Assembly: GCA_963823035.1 (NCBI GenBank)
Contig: CAWGKG010000019.1
Coordinates: forward strand, 32,001-96,000
DNA length: 64,000 bases
Origin: an uncultured Gemmatimonadales bacterium
GTDB lineage: Bacteria; Gemmatimonadota; Gemmatimonadetes; Longimicrobiales; Gaopeijiaceae
Direction of reading: 5' to 3'
Shown in pieces: positions 41,768 through 53,035 of this stretch. Made by a program: the position numbers and the translations under genes. The stretch's first letter is position 1. Each line of letters begins with the position of its first letter. The notes under the pieces were generated by a model that was not told the origin of the DNA, did not search any database, and worked only from the letters and a program-made list of their open reading frames with translations.

Positions 41768-44748
41768 ATGTCCCAGCCGCTCGACCCTGATCGCTGGGCC
41801 CGGGTGGATGCCCTCTTCGACGAGGCCTCGAGGCGGCCCGCTTCCGAGCGGGCCGCCTTCCTGGCGGAGGCCTGCCAGGGCGACGAGGCTCTCCGCCGCG
41901 AGGTGGAGAGCCTCCTCGCCGCGGCCGACACCGACATGTCGAAGCGCATGGGCGTGGTCGAGCGCGTGGCCGACCGCATCATGACGGAGGTCGAGCCGCC
42001 GGCGCTGGGGCAGCGCTTCGGCGCGTACAAGACGGTGGAGGAGATCGGGCGCGGCGGGATGGGGGTCGTCTACAAGGCCGTGCGCGAGGGCGACGACTTC
42101 CAGCAGACCGTGGCCGTGAAGGTGCTCCCCGGCGCCCTCTTCAACCGGAAGACGATGGCCCGCTTCCGCAACGAGCGGCGGATCCTCGCGGGACTCGAAC
42201 ATCCGAACATCGCCCGCCTCCTCGACGGAGGCACGACGCCGGAGGGTGTGCCGTACGTCATCATCGAGTACGTGGACGGGCTCCCGGTGGATCGGTATTG
42301 CGAGGAGCACGGGCTCGACCTCGAGGCGCGTGTCTGGCTGTTCCTCGCGCTGTGCGACGCCGTCCAGTACGCGCATCGCAACCTCGTGGTGCACCGCGAC
42401 CTGAAGCCGTCCAACATCCTGGTGACGCGCGAGGGCGTTCCCAAACTGCTCGACTTCGGGATCGCGAAGCTGCTCGACCCCGCCGACGAGCTCGCCGTGA
42501 AGGAGACCATGGGGCTCACGGCGAGCCGGCTGATGACGCCGCGCTTCGCGTCGCCGGAGCAACTCACCGGGCAGCGCATCGCGACCCCCTCGGACGTCTA
42601 TTCGCTCGGGGTGGTGCTCTACCGACTGCTCACCGGGCGGCACCCGTACGGCGACGACCTCCCGTCCGGCAGCTCGGTCTCCAGCCACGCCGAGCAGGTG
42701 CGCAGGATGATGGACGGCGAGCCGGACGCCCCCAGCTCCGCCTCGGGCGACAACCGCCTGAGGGGCGACCTGGACGCCATCGTGCTCAAGGCCCTGCGCC
42801 GCGACGTGGCGGAGCGCTACGACTCCGTGCAGGCCCTCGCGGACGACCTACGCCGCTACCTGACCGGGCGGCCGATCGGCGCCCGTGCCGACTCCTGGCG
42901 GTACCGGGCCGCGAAGTTCGTGCGCCGCAACGCTCCTGCCGTGCTCGCCGGCGGCGTGGCCGCGGTGCTCATCCTCGCCGAGGCGGGGGTGTTCATGGGA
43001 CGTGTCGCGAAGGAGCGTGACGTGGCGCGCCAGGAGGCCGCGCGCGCGACGGCGACGCTCTCCTTCCTGACCGACGTCTTTCGAGTCACGGACCCGTTCG
43101 TGTCGAACAGCCTCGGACCTGACGGCGCGGGAGGTTCTCGAGCGCGGCGTCGCCGGGCTGGACGGCCGCTTGGCCACCCAGCCGGAGGTGCGGGCCGAGA
43201 TCCTGAGCACGGTCGGGGTGGCGTACGCGAACCTGGGCGTGGTGGACAGCGCGCGCGCCGTGCTCGAGCGCGGCCTGGCCCTGCGCGACTCCATCTACGC
43301 GCCGGACGCCCTGGAGTTGGCCACCGGGCTGCGGGATCTGGGCGTCATCCTCGTGCTCCAGAACCAGTGGGACCGAGCGGATTCACTGCTGAATCGCGCG
43401 CTGGAGATCCGCCGCGCGAAGCTCCCCGCCAACCACCCGGACATCGCGAGCCTCCTGAACGAACTGGCCGGCATGCAGCAGCAGCGCGGAGAGCTGACCG
43501 AAGCCGAGAAGACGTACCGCGAGGCGCTCGAGATCATGGAGCACCCGAGCGAGCCCCGCGACGCCCTGCGCGCCAGCGTGCTCACGGACCTGGGCAACCT
43601 CCTGCACACGCTGGATCGCCAGGAGGAGGCCGCGCAGATGCTCGAGCGGGCGCTGAGCCTTCGCCGGGAGCTCTACGGCGACCACCACCCCGAGGTCGGA
43701 CAGACGCTGAGCCACCTGGCGCAGGTGAAGGGCTCGATGGGCCGATACGCGGAGGCGGAGGCGATCTACCGGGACATCCTGACGTGGGGACCGCAGGTTC
43801 TGGGTGAGCACCACCACTACATCGCCGATCTGGAACAACAACCTGTCCGCCGTCCTCAAGGACGAGGGCAGGCAGCGTGAGGCGCTCGCGTACCAGCAGA
43901 AGGCGCTCGACATATGGCGCGCCGAGTACGGGGAGATGCACACCCAGGTGGCCATCGGCCTCAACAACCTGGCCAACCTGCAGAGCGATCTCGGGGACTA
44001 CTCGGCGGCCGAGAAGACGCTCCAGGAGGCGTTGCGGATCAACCGCGCGGTCCTCGGTGAGGACAACCCGGAGGTGGCCACGAACCTGAACAACCTCGCC
44101 CACCTCGCCTGGAAGCGCGGCGACTTCACGGGCGCGGTACGCACGCAGACGCAGGTGCTGGAGATGGACCGCACGCTCCTCGGTGCGGAGCACGAGTACG
44201 TCGCCGCCGACCTCACCGCGCTCGGCCGGTACTATCTCGCGGGCGGCCGTCTCGCTCAGGCGGAGAAGCCCCTGCGGGAGGGACTCGCTCTGGCGAGGAA
44301 GGTGCGCGGGGAGGACCATCCCACCACGGCCCGCGCGGCCACGGCGCTGGCCGACTGGCTCGTCGCCGAGGGGCGTGGCGAAGGAGGCGGAGGCGCTCGT
44401 CCGTCCCGCGCTGGAGACGGGTCTGAAGGCCTTCGACGCCGACCACGCCACCGTTGCGCTGTCGCGCTCGGCGCTCGGCGCCGCCCTCACGCTCGAGGGC
44501 GACTACCGGGGCGCGGAGACGCAACTCACGCAGGCGCGGGCCTCCATGGAGAAGAGCCTCCCGGAGGACGACCCGGACCGCGTCCGGAACGGGAAGCGGC
44601 TGGCGACGCTCTACCGGGCGTGGGGGCGCACGGACAAGGCGGTGGGGCTGGGCCCAGGGGAGGCCGCCCGGTGGCCGCGCCGGCGGGGCGTCCAGTCGAA
44701 CGGAGAGGGCGGCCCGTTCCTCGCTTGGCTGCGTTCACACCACACTAG
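41768..44748 (+). CDS. Hanks-type Ser/Thr kinase with TM helix and extracytoplasmic TPR repeats (frameshifts; 3' end uncertain)
   Basis: IGRGGMGVVY, VAVK, HRDLKPSN, DFG, TPRFASPEQ; KFVRRN plus TM; HP.VA..LNNLA TPR repeats in later frames. Confidence 0.88.
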
Positions 44749-44867
44749 CCGGGAGCTTCCGGGACCGGATCATCCACCGTCGGTGATCCCGATGAGGCGC
44801 CGATCCGCTATGGGAGGGCGAGCAGGCCGTCGACGGCCGCAGCCGAACCCCTGCCCACGGATCGGAG

Positions 44868-46981
44868 ATGAGAGAGGCACGCAGCCGCGCACCGGTCGCG
44901 CACGAGCCCGATGGTCCTGGCCGCCCTGACGTGCGGGACGTGCTCGCGGCGGTGACGCGCCCACGGGGGCCGGAGCCCAGGCGACCCAGCCGATGCGCCT
45001 CGCCGTCGCCACCAACCTCCCGACCGGGGCCGCGGTGGCGCGCGACCTGCCGGTGGAGCTGACGTTCGACCGGCCGCTTCGCCGGCCGGCCGAGCGCGTC
45101 GCGGTCTTCATCGACCGCACGGACGTCACCGGCCTGTTCCGCAGCGGGGCGCGCGGGATGTCGTACGAGCGGGGCGTGGTGCTCCTCCCGCGCGGCGAGC
45201 ACGAGCTGGTGGTCTACCTCGTCGACTCGGCGTCGGGCACGTGGACGGAGGTGGCACGCCAGGAGTTCCAGACGCTCGGCCGCTTGGGCTTTCAGCCCGG
45301 GAAGGTCGACCCGTCCCTCACCGCGGCGTACGCGCGCCGCGTCACCGAGCGCTTCGAGCCGGAGGCGGCGGCGCCCCAGAAGGTCGTGGAGAACGTCGAC
45401 CTCCAGTTCCGGCTCTCGACCGAGCACGTCCGTGAGCGGCTGCGCTCTCCTCGCAGACGCGCTGGTGGGCGCGTCGAAGCAGGAGAAGGCGCTCCGGTAC
45501 CGCGAGCTCGGGGACGACGCGCCGAAGCTCGACCTGTCGAGCTACGTCCTGCAGGCGTCGAACGGGCCGGTGGACGCTCTCCGTGGGGCACGTCTCCGCG
45601 GGGAACCAGCGCCACCTGGTGAACCGCTTCAGCAGCCGTGGCGCGACGCTCGCGGTGCCGCCCCTCGAGCGGGTGGACCTCTCGGTCTCGGCCATGAACG
45701 GCAGCAACGTGGTGGGGTGGGGCAACCCGCTGGGACTCGACGACGGCGGGCACCGGATCGTCACCGGGGCGGTCGGGATCGAGGCGCTGCACACGCCCGG
45801 AGCGCTCCGCCTCGAGCTGACGGCGATGCGCGGCTCGGTGCGCCCGCAGGCCGGCTTCAACCAGGCGGTCATCGACGACGCGGAGCGGAGCCACGGGCTG
45901 GGGATGCGCGTCGCCGCCAACGTCCTGGATCGGCGGCTGCGACTCGACGCCGGGCTCGCGCGCAGCACGTTCGACAACCCGAACGATCCCGCCCTCGCGC
46001 AGGGGCGCGAGCTGGTGGCCGTGGTCGAGGAGACCTCCGGCGCCCGCTACCTGGAGGCGTCGCTCGACGCGCTGCGTGCCGTGCGCCTGGGCGGCAGCGC
46101 GGACGGCGAGCCTGACGGTGGGATACCGTCGCGAGCGCGTGGACCCGCTCTACCGGAGCCTGGGCGCGTACGCCCAGGCCGACCGCTTCCAGCAGCAGGT
46201 CGACGTACGCGCGGACGTCGCCGGCGTGGGCCTCCAGGGCAACCACGGCCGGTCCCGCAACAACCTCGACGACGTCGCGCTCGATCCTGACGACGCGCAC
46301 GGAGCGCTCCCAGGCGAGCGTCTCCCTCCCCCTGGCCCGCGTGCTCGGCGGCCGACATCGCGGTGGCTCCCCGCGCTCCAGTACCGAGCGGACCGCACGC
46401 GGCAGCACGGCGACGCGCTCCCCGAGAACGGCGGATTCAGCGCGTCGCACGTGCCCGACCAGGTCAGCCTGAACCAGACCGCGCAGGCGGACTGGCGGCT
46501 GGGGAAGGTCACGCTCGGCTACGCGTGGAACCGATCCCACCAGGACAACCGGCAGGAGGGGCGGGAGAACGCCGACCTCACGGTGACGCGCAACACCGCG
46601 AACGTGCGGCTGAGCCCGGCGCGGGCGCTCAGCCTCGCGGTCGACCTCGGGCTGGAGGCATCGCACAACCACGAGCGCGACGAGACCGACGAGACCACGC
46701 GCTGGGGCGCGCAGCTCCAGTGGCAGCCCTTCGACCGTAGCAGCCTGAGCGTGCGCTTCTCGGACACGGCGACGGAGGACCTCCTCCTCACCCGGCGGCG
46801 GGCGAACAACCAGGTCGACGCGCAGTGGACGTCGATGCTGCCGTTCCTCGGGCCGATCCAGGGTCAGTACTTCCTGCGCTACACGCGCAGCGAGGCCGAG
46901 ACCTTCAACGCCACCTTCGACCAGGACGACACGCGCACGGCGTGGTGGCTCGACCTGGGGCTGAACTTCACGTTCTTCTAG
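44868..46981 (+). CDS. Hypothetical outer-membrane beta-barrel protein with N-terminal Ig-like domain (several frameshifts)
   Basis: Stitched from ORFs 44993.., 45432.., 45583.., 46076..; VFIDRTDVT...LPRGEHELVVY Ig-like part; alternating beta-strands; terminal LGLNFTFF beta-signal. Confidence 0.6.
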
Positions 46982-46991
46982 GAACCCGCCG

Positions 46992-48240
46992 ATGCGTGCC
47001 ACCCTCCTCCTGCTCCTCGGGCTCGTCCTCGCGATGCCCGCCTCGGCGCAGATCCGACGGAACCCCACCGGCGTGAACGTGAACGCCGCCGGCGCGACGA
47101 CCGTGTTCATCACCTTCGGCAACCTCGAGGGCTACGTGCCCATCGAGGCGCTGTGGTGCGGAGAGCTGGTTCCCGCCTCGCCGGCGCTGGGCGACAAGTG
47201 CGACCCGGGAACGGTGTTCGGCGCGCTCCCGGTCCGTTTCGACCAAAGCCGCCTCAGCGGCACCGACGGCTTCTCGGACATCATGTCCATCCCGCCGTCC
47301 GTGGCGCGGCGCGCCTACCAGGCCGCCGAGGGGGGGGCCGACTCGCGCTTCTTCTACGTGCGACGCTTCGTGGACCCCGCGGGCATCCGGCCCGACCAGT
47401 ACGTGGCGGTGACCTGCCGGCTCACGGATGGCGGCGCGCGCACGCCGCTGGCGCTCCTGGACGTGCAGCTGCGCTTCGCCGGGGACGACCCCGTGCTGTC
47501 CGTGCCGGCCGGCGCGGCACCTCCGCCGCTCGAGGCGCGCATCGCGTACAACGGCACGGGCCGGCTGGTGGGGCGCTGGGAAGTCGTGCTCCCCGGGGAG
47601 GAGCCGCCCAGCGCCGAGGACCTCCTCACCGAGGCCACGCTTCCGGCCGAGCTTCGCGGCACGCAGAAGCGCTACACGGAGATCGAGCGCTTCAACGTCT
47701 TCCTCCCGCCGACCGGCGAGGTGGTGCTGCCCGGCCCGTCCCCCGACGACTCCCCGTGGACGGTGAACGGCCTGTACCAGATCCTCCTCCGCATCGAGGC
47801 CTCCGACGACAAGGAGGGAGACGTGGACCTCGAGGCGGCGGGCGCGGGCGACGGGATCCTGCCCACGGGGGCCGTGGCCGGGTTCCCGCTTCCCGTGCTG
47901 CGCTACTTCGTCGGCGGCGCGGGCGCCGTCGGCGTCGGCGGGCACCCGGCTGCGCCTTCTCGAGCCCGCGCCCGACGCCGGCGTGCCCGCCGGCGCGCTC
48001 CTCGTCTTCAGCTGGAGCCAGACGGCGTCCGCCGTGCTCTACCGGCTCCAGGTGCGCGGCGCCGACGGAGAGGAGGTCCTCTCCGCCGTGCTCCAGGCGG
48101 GCGTGGCGTCGTACGCGGCACCCCCCTTCCTCGCCACCGACCACGCGGGCGAGATACTGGAGTGGCGCGTCCTCTCCCTGGACGGAGGAGGGGACGAGGT
48201 GGAGCGGACGCCGTGGCGGCGGTTGCGGGTGGAAGGCTGA
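46992..48240 (+). CDS. Hypothetical exported beta-sandwich protein (frameshift about 47940)
   Basis: Signal peptide MRATLLLLLGLVLAMPASA; NPTGVNVN..GATTVFITFG, WCGEL, YNGTGRLVGRWEV; C-terminal FN3-like FSW..YRL..WRV. Confidence 0.7.
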
Positions 48241-48297
48241 GCGATCCTGTGGTCCATTCCTCGAACCCGTCGAGACGCACGGGAAGGTGGCGGACAC

Positions 48298-49706
48298 ATG
48301 AAGATCCGGACATCGGTATGGTGGCTCTCCTCACGGCTTGTCGTGCGTCGCGACCGCTCCCCTGGCGGCCCAGCGCGGCCCCGATCTCGATGCGGTGGTG
48401 CGCGACATGCTCAAGGCGCGAACGGACGCGGGCACGGCAGCGCGTACGCTGCTCTCGACGCATCGCCAGACCGCGGAGGCCACCGTCGGCCTCCTGGTCC
48501 GCAACGGGTATCGGGCCACCGACGTGGCGCGCGCCTCCGTGGCGGTCATGCGCATGGACGGCGCCGCGGCGACGCGGGCGCTCAGGAGCTCGGGGGTGAC
48601 GGCGCGCGACGCGGCCGAGGTCGCCGTGCGCGCGCTGGCCCTGGCGCCGCTGGAGGCCGTCGCGGCGCTCAAGGGCGCGGGCTACCCGCCGCAGGACGTG
48701 AAGGACGCCTCGACGGCGAAGGCGTGCTGGTCGACCTCGGCTGCATCGACCGGCAGGGCTACCCCGCACCGTGCGGCAACCCGGGCGGCGCGGCCGCGCA
48801 CGCGATGGGCGCGGTCACGCTCAAGCCGCCGACCAGGGATGGACGGACTCGATCCTCACGATCGAGAGCACGAACATCCCGCAGGTCGCGATCCTGCTGG
48901 ACGGCCAGACCCTCCAGGGCGTGGATGCGACCTCCTTCCGGGTACGCGTCCGGCTTCCGTCGTCGCCGAAGACCGGCCCGCTGGTCATGCGCCGCGTCTC
49001 CGACGGCGTCGAGGGCGTCCTGTCCGAGTCGTTCGCCGTGGTCGCGCCGCCCGCGCAGCCCGGGCCGGGACTGGATTGGCTGACCGTCGGCACCGAAGCC
49101 GCAGCGGCGGCCGTCGAGGACATCCAGGCATGGATCCTCGGCGCCGAGCTCGTCGAGGACCATTGCTCGGTCAACGCGGGGGTGGCGCTGGGGACCGCGG
49201 GCGTGCTGCGCAGCTCCACCGGCCTGGAGGGGCGCGTCCGCACCCGCCTGGAAGAGATGGGCGCCACCCACGCCGTCGCGAACGCCTTCGACAGGGCGCT
49301 GCGCGAGGCCTGGGACGCCTGGGCGTCGCACGTGCTCATCCCGGGCGTTCCCGTCTTCCCCGCGCTGGCCGCATGGCCCGGCGCAGAGGCGCCGCCGACG
49401 CCAGGGGTTCCCCTCCCGCTCGTCATGCTCGTGTCGAGTGAGAGCCAGGGCCTCACGCCCCCGGCGCTGTCGGCGGCCGTTCGGGCGCGACTCGGCGATG
49501 CCGGCGGGTCGGCGGCGGCCCAGGAGGGAGTGAGCGCGTTCGCGAGCCAGATCGGCGCGCGCTTCGCGGCGTGGATCGCGACGGCGCAGGCGCTCAACCT
49601 CGCGGGCTGGGGCCCGGTGCCCAGCTACGGGCCGAGCGTGCCCGCGGGCCCGGTGGTGGACGGGAGCTGCGCCGGGAAGCTCGTCCTGGCGCACACCCAC
49701 TTCTGA
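48298..49706 (+). CDS. Hypothetical exported multidomain protein (frameshifts)
   Basis: Signal-like N-terminus, short helical repeats (L...GY....VA), Ig-like segment, Pro/Gly-rich C-terminal domain ending GPVPSYGPSVPAGPVVDGSC...THF. Confidence 0.6.
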
Positions 49707-49732
49707 GGGGCGCGGGGGCGGGAGCGAGCCGC

Positions 49733-52355
49733 CTACGCTGCCCCGCCCTCGGCGGCCAGGGCGCGCCAGCGGGCGGCTTCCGCGGCGTCGGCGACCCCCT
49801 CGTAGAAGGTGGCGAGGCTCCGGGCCGCGTCGCGCGGGCCACGCCGCCGTCGCCCACCGTGCCGGCGTCCTCGTACACCGAGAGGAGGAGCTCTTCGGCC
49901 TCGTCGCGGCGGCCCTGGTCCGCCAGGCTCAGGCCCAGACCCGCCCTTCACCGCGAGCACGCGCGGGTGTGCCGGCGGGAAGGTCTTGCCGAGGATGCCG
50001 AGCGCCTCGCGGTACATCCGCTCCGCGGCCTCGGGCTCGCCCTGGCGCCGGCGCACGTCGGCGGCGCCCCCGAGCGTGATGCCGGTTCCGGGACTGCCCG
50101 GTCCCTCGCCACGCGGCTCACCTCGACGGCCTCGTCGACGAGCGCGCGGGCACGCTCCAGCTCCCCCCATCGCATCAGGACGTGCCGTAGTCGTAGAGGG
50201 CGATGGCGAGGTCCGGGTGATCCGTCCCCGCCACCCGGCGCGTGAAGGCGACGGACGCGCGGAAGAGGGAGTCGGCCTCCGCGGGGCGCCCCGTGGCGTC
50301 GAGCACGAGGGCGAGGTTCTTCATCGTTGGCCCGAGGTTCGGATGGTCGGGCCCCAGCGCCATCTCGAGGCCCCGGAGCGCGTCGCGCAGATGGGGCTCG
50401 GCCTCTGCGTCACGGCCGCGTCGGTGGAGCGCGAGGCCGAGGTTCTGGGCGAGGACCGCGGTGGTGGGGTTGTCGGGCCCGAGCGTCCGCCGGCTCAGGT
50501 CGAGGGCCCGCCCCATCGTGACGATCGCGGAGTCGACCTCGTTGCGCCGGTACTGGAGGACCGCGAGGAGGTTGAGGTTCTCGATCGTCTTCGCCGCAGC
50601 GGCCGCCCGGTGTCCGCGCGCGCCGCGATCCCGGCGCGCAGCGTCGCCTCCGCTTCATCGAGACGCTCGAGCGTGATGAGCACGGCGGCGAGCTGGATGC
50701 GGATATCGCCCGCCTCGGGGGAGGTGGGCCCGAAGCGGGCGTCGGCGATCTCGAGCGCCTCGCGGTAGTACGGCTCGGCCGCGGCCGCGTCACCCGCGGA
50801 ATGGACGACACGCCCCAGGTCCCGAAGGGCGACGGACACCTCGGGCGCGTGCTCGGCCCCGAGCTCGCGGTAGCCCGCCACGGCGGCCTCGAGGAGGGTG
50901 CGTGAGCGGTCGTAGGCGCCCAGCGCCTCGTTGACGGAGCCGAGAACACGCTGCATGCGCGCGCGTGCCTCCGGCTGGTCCGGCGAGGTCGGTGTCGAGG
51001 CGCTCGACGGCCTGGTCGAGGAACGAGCGCACGGGAGCGTGTCCCGCCGCTCCCCGAGCGGTCGAAGGGGTTGGACGAGGTGAAGATGTTCTCGAGGAAC
51101 CCGCTCACCGATTCGGCGAGGTCCCGTTCCTCGCGCGCCACCCGCGCTTGATGCAGGGCGACCCCCAGCCCACCGACCAGGCCGAGGAGGGCGGCCGCGG
51201 CCGCCCCGACCGCCAACCGGTTGCGGGCCACGAGCTTGCGCGCCCGATAGGGCCAGGAAGGAGAGCGTGCCAGGATCGGCTTTCCGGTCCGGTAGCGCAC
51301 CAGGTCGTCGAGCAGGGCGGACGCGGTGGGGTATCGTTCGGCCGCCACCGGCCGGAGCGCCCGTAGGACGATCGTGTCCAGCTCGCCGCGGAGCTGGCGG
51401 CGGAGCCGGCCGGGCGTGGTGCCGCGTGCGCGCGCCGCCTCCTCCGTTTCGCGCAGCGTGGAGGGCGACGTCGGGTCGCCCCCTTCGGGCCGTCGACCCA
51501 CCAGGAGCTGGTGGAGCACGACGCCGAGGGAATAGACGTCCGAGGCCGTGGTGAGCGGCTCGCCGCTCGCTGCTCGGGAGACGCGTACTCTGGCGTGAGG
51601 AGGTGCTGGTCGGCGCGTGTGAGCGGCTCGTCGTCGTAGGTGCCGTCGTCGGTGGCGTCGAGCAGCTTCGCGATCCCGAAGTCGAGGAGCTTCACCTCCC
51701 CGTCCTCGGTGACGAGGACGTTGGACGGCTTGAGGTCCCGATGGATGACGAGGTTGCGGTGCGCGTACTCGACGGCGCTCACCACCTGCTCGAAGAGGGC
51801 AAGTCGCTCGCCGACGGGCAGGCGCAGCCGGTCGCAGTAGCGGTGGATCGGCTCGCCGCGCACCAGCTCCATGGCGAGCCAGGAGCGACCGTCCGCGGCG
51901 ACCCCCGCCTCGTAGAGACGGGCGATGCCGGAGTGCTCCAGCGCAGCCAGGATCTGCCGCTCCCGACGGAAGCGGCGCGCCACCTCGCCGGCGTCGCCTG
52001 CCGGCTGGACCAGCTTGAGCGCTACCTCGCGCGTGTACTGTCCGTCGTCGCGTCGCGCCCGATGCACGACGCCCATCCCGCCGCGCCCGAGCTCCTCCAG
52101 GATGACGTAGGGGCCGGCGTGCTCGGGCGGGCGGGGGCCGGCCTCGCCCTCGTCCTCATCCAGGAGGAGAAGCAGGTCGTCGAGCGTCGCGTCGAGGAGG
52201 TCGCCTTCGCCGGTGGCGAGCAGGCTCTCGACCTCGTCGCGCAGGTCCGGATCGGTCGCGCACGCCGCGTCCAGCCACGCGAGGCGCTCCTCCGGCGGTC
52301 GCGTGAGCGCCGCGAGATACACGTCCTGGATCTCTTGCCAGCGCAGCGGCTCCAT
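49733..52355 (-). CDS. Hanks-type Ser/Thr kinase with TM and TPR repeats (several frameshifts)
   Basis: LGRGGMGVV, VALK, HRDLKPSN, DFG, TPEYASPEQ; KLVARN plus TM; GPDHPNL and GPDNPTT TPR repeats. Confidence 0.86.
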
Positions 52356-52437
52356 CGGCGCCCTCACCTCCTCCACGTACGGTCGATCGGTGCGACTTCT
52401 CCCCCGGAGGCACTAGCCGAAGCGCCCAGCGCGGAGA

Positions 52438-53028
52438 TCAGCCGGTGGCCAGCTCCCTGGCGAGGAACGCGCGCGCGGCGCTCCAGTCGCGCTTGATGGT
52501 GGGCTCCGAGACGTCGAGGGCCCGGGCCGTCTCCTCCACGGAGAGGCCGGCGAAGAAACGACACTCCACCACGCGGGCCTGGCGCGCGTTGAGGCGCTCG
52601 AGACCGCCGAGCGCGGCGTCCAGGGCCAGGATCCGCTCCGGTTCGACCCGACCGGCGCCCTCGCCCTCGACGCGATGCAAGGGGTCGTCGAGTGGCACGT
52701 GTGTCTTGTCCCCCCCGCGCTTGGCGGTGGCACGCCGCTCGGCGGCTCGAACGAGCACCTGGCGCATCGCGCGCGCCGCCACGGCCATGAAGTGCGAGCG
52801 TCCCTCCCATGCGAGATCGCGCGAGGGAAGGAGGCGCAAGTACGCCTCGTGCACCAGGGCCGTGGTGTTCAGGGTCTCGGAGGCGCGACCCCGCCGCACC
52901 TGGCGCGCCAGGCGGCGCAGCTCGTCGTAGACGACCTGGAAGACGCGATCGAAGGCCTCCGCGTCACCCCCGGATGCGGACGCGAGGAGGTGCGTGATCT
53001 CCGGGCGCTCCGGGGCGCTGCTCGCCAT
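52438..53028 (-). CDS. ECF sigma factor, TIGR02999-type (kinase-associated)
   Basis: ITHLL...GD.EAFD.V...VYDELRRLA, TLNTTALVHEAY, HFMAVAARAMRQVLV, VVECRFFAGLS.EETA, TIKRDW..ARAFL. Confidence 0.9.
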   Translation of the reverse strand: MASSAPERPEITHLLASASGGDAEAFDRVFQVVYDELRRLARQVRRGRASETLNTTALVHEAYLRLLPSRDLAWEGRSHFMAVAARAMRQVLVRAAERRATAKRGGDKTHVPLDDPLHRVEGEGAGRVEPERILALDAALGGLERLNARQARVVECRFFAGLSVEETARALDVSEPTIKRDWSAARAFLARELATG

Positions 53029-53035
53029 GCTCCGT

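Noticed and set aside
38958..53028. Type VI secretion or contractile injection locus
   Set aside because: No sheath, tube, baseplate, VgrG or ClpV genes are recognisable in the window.
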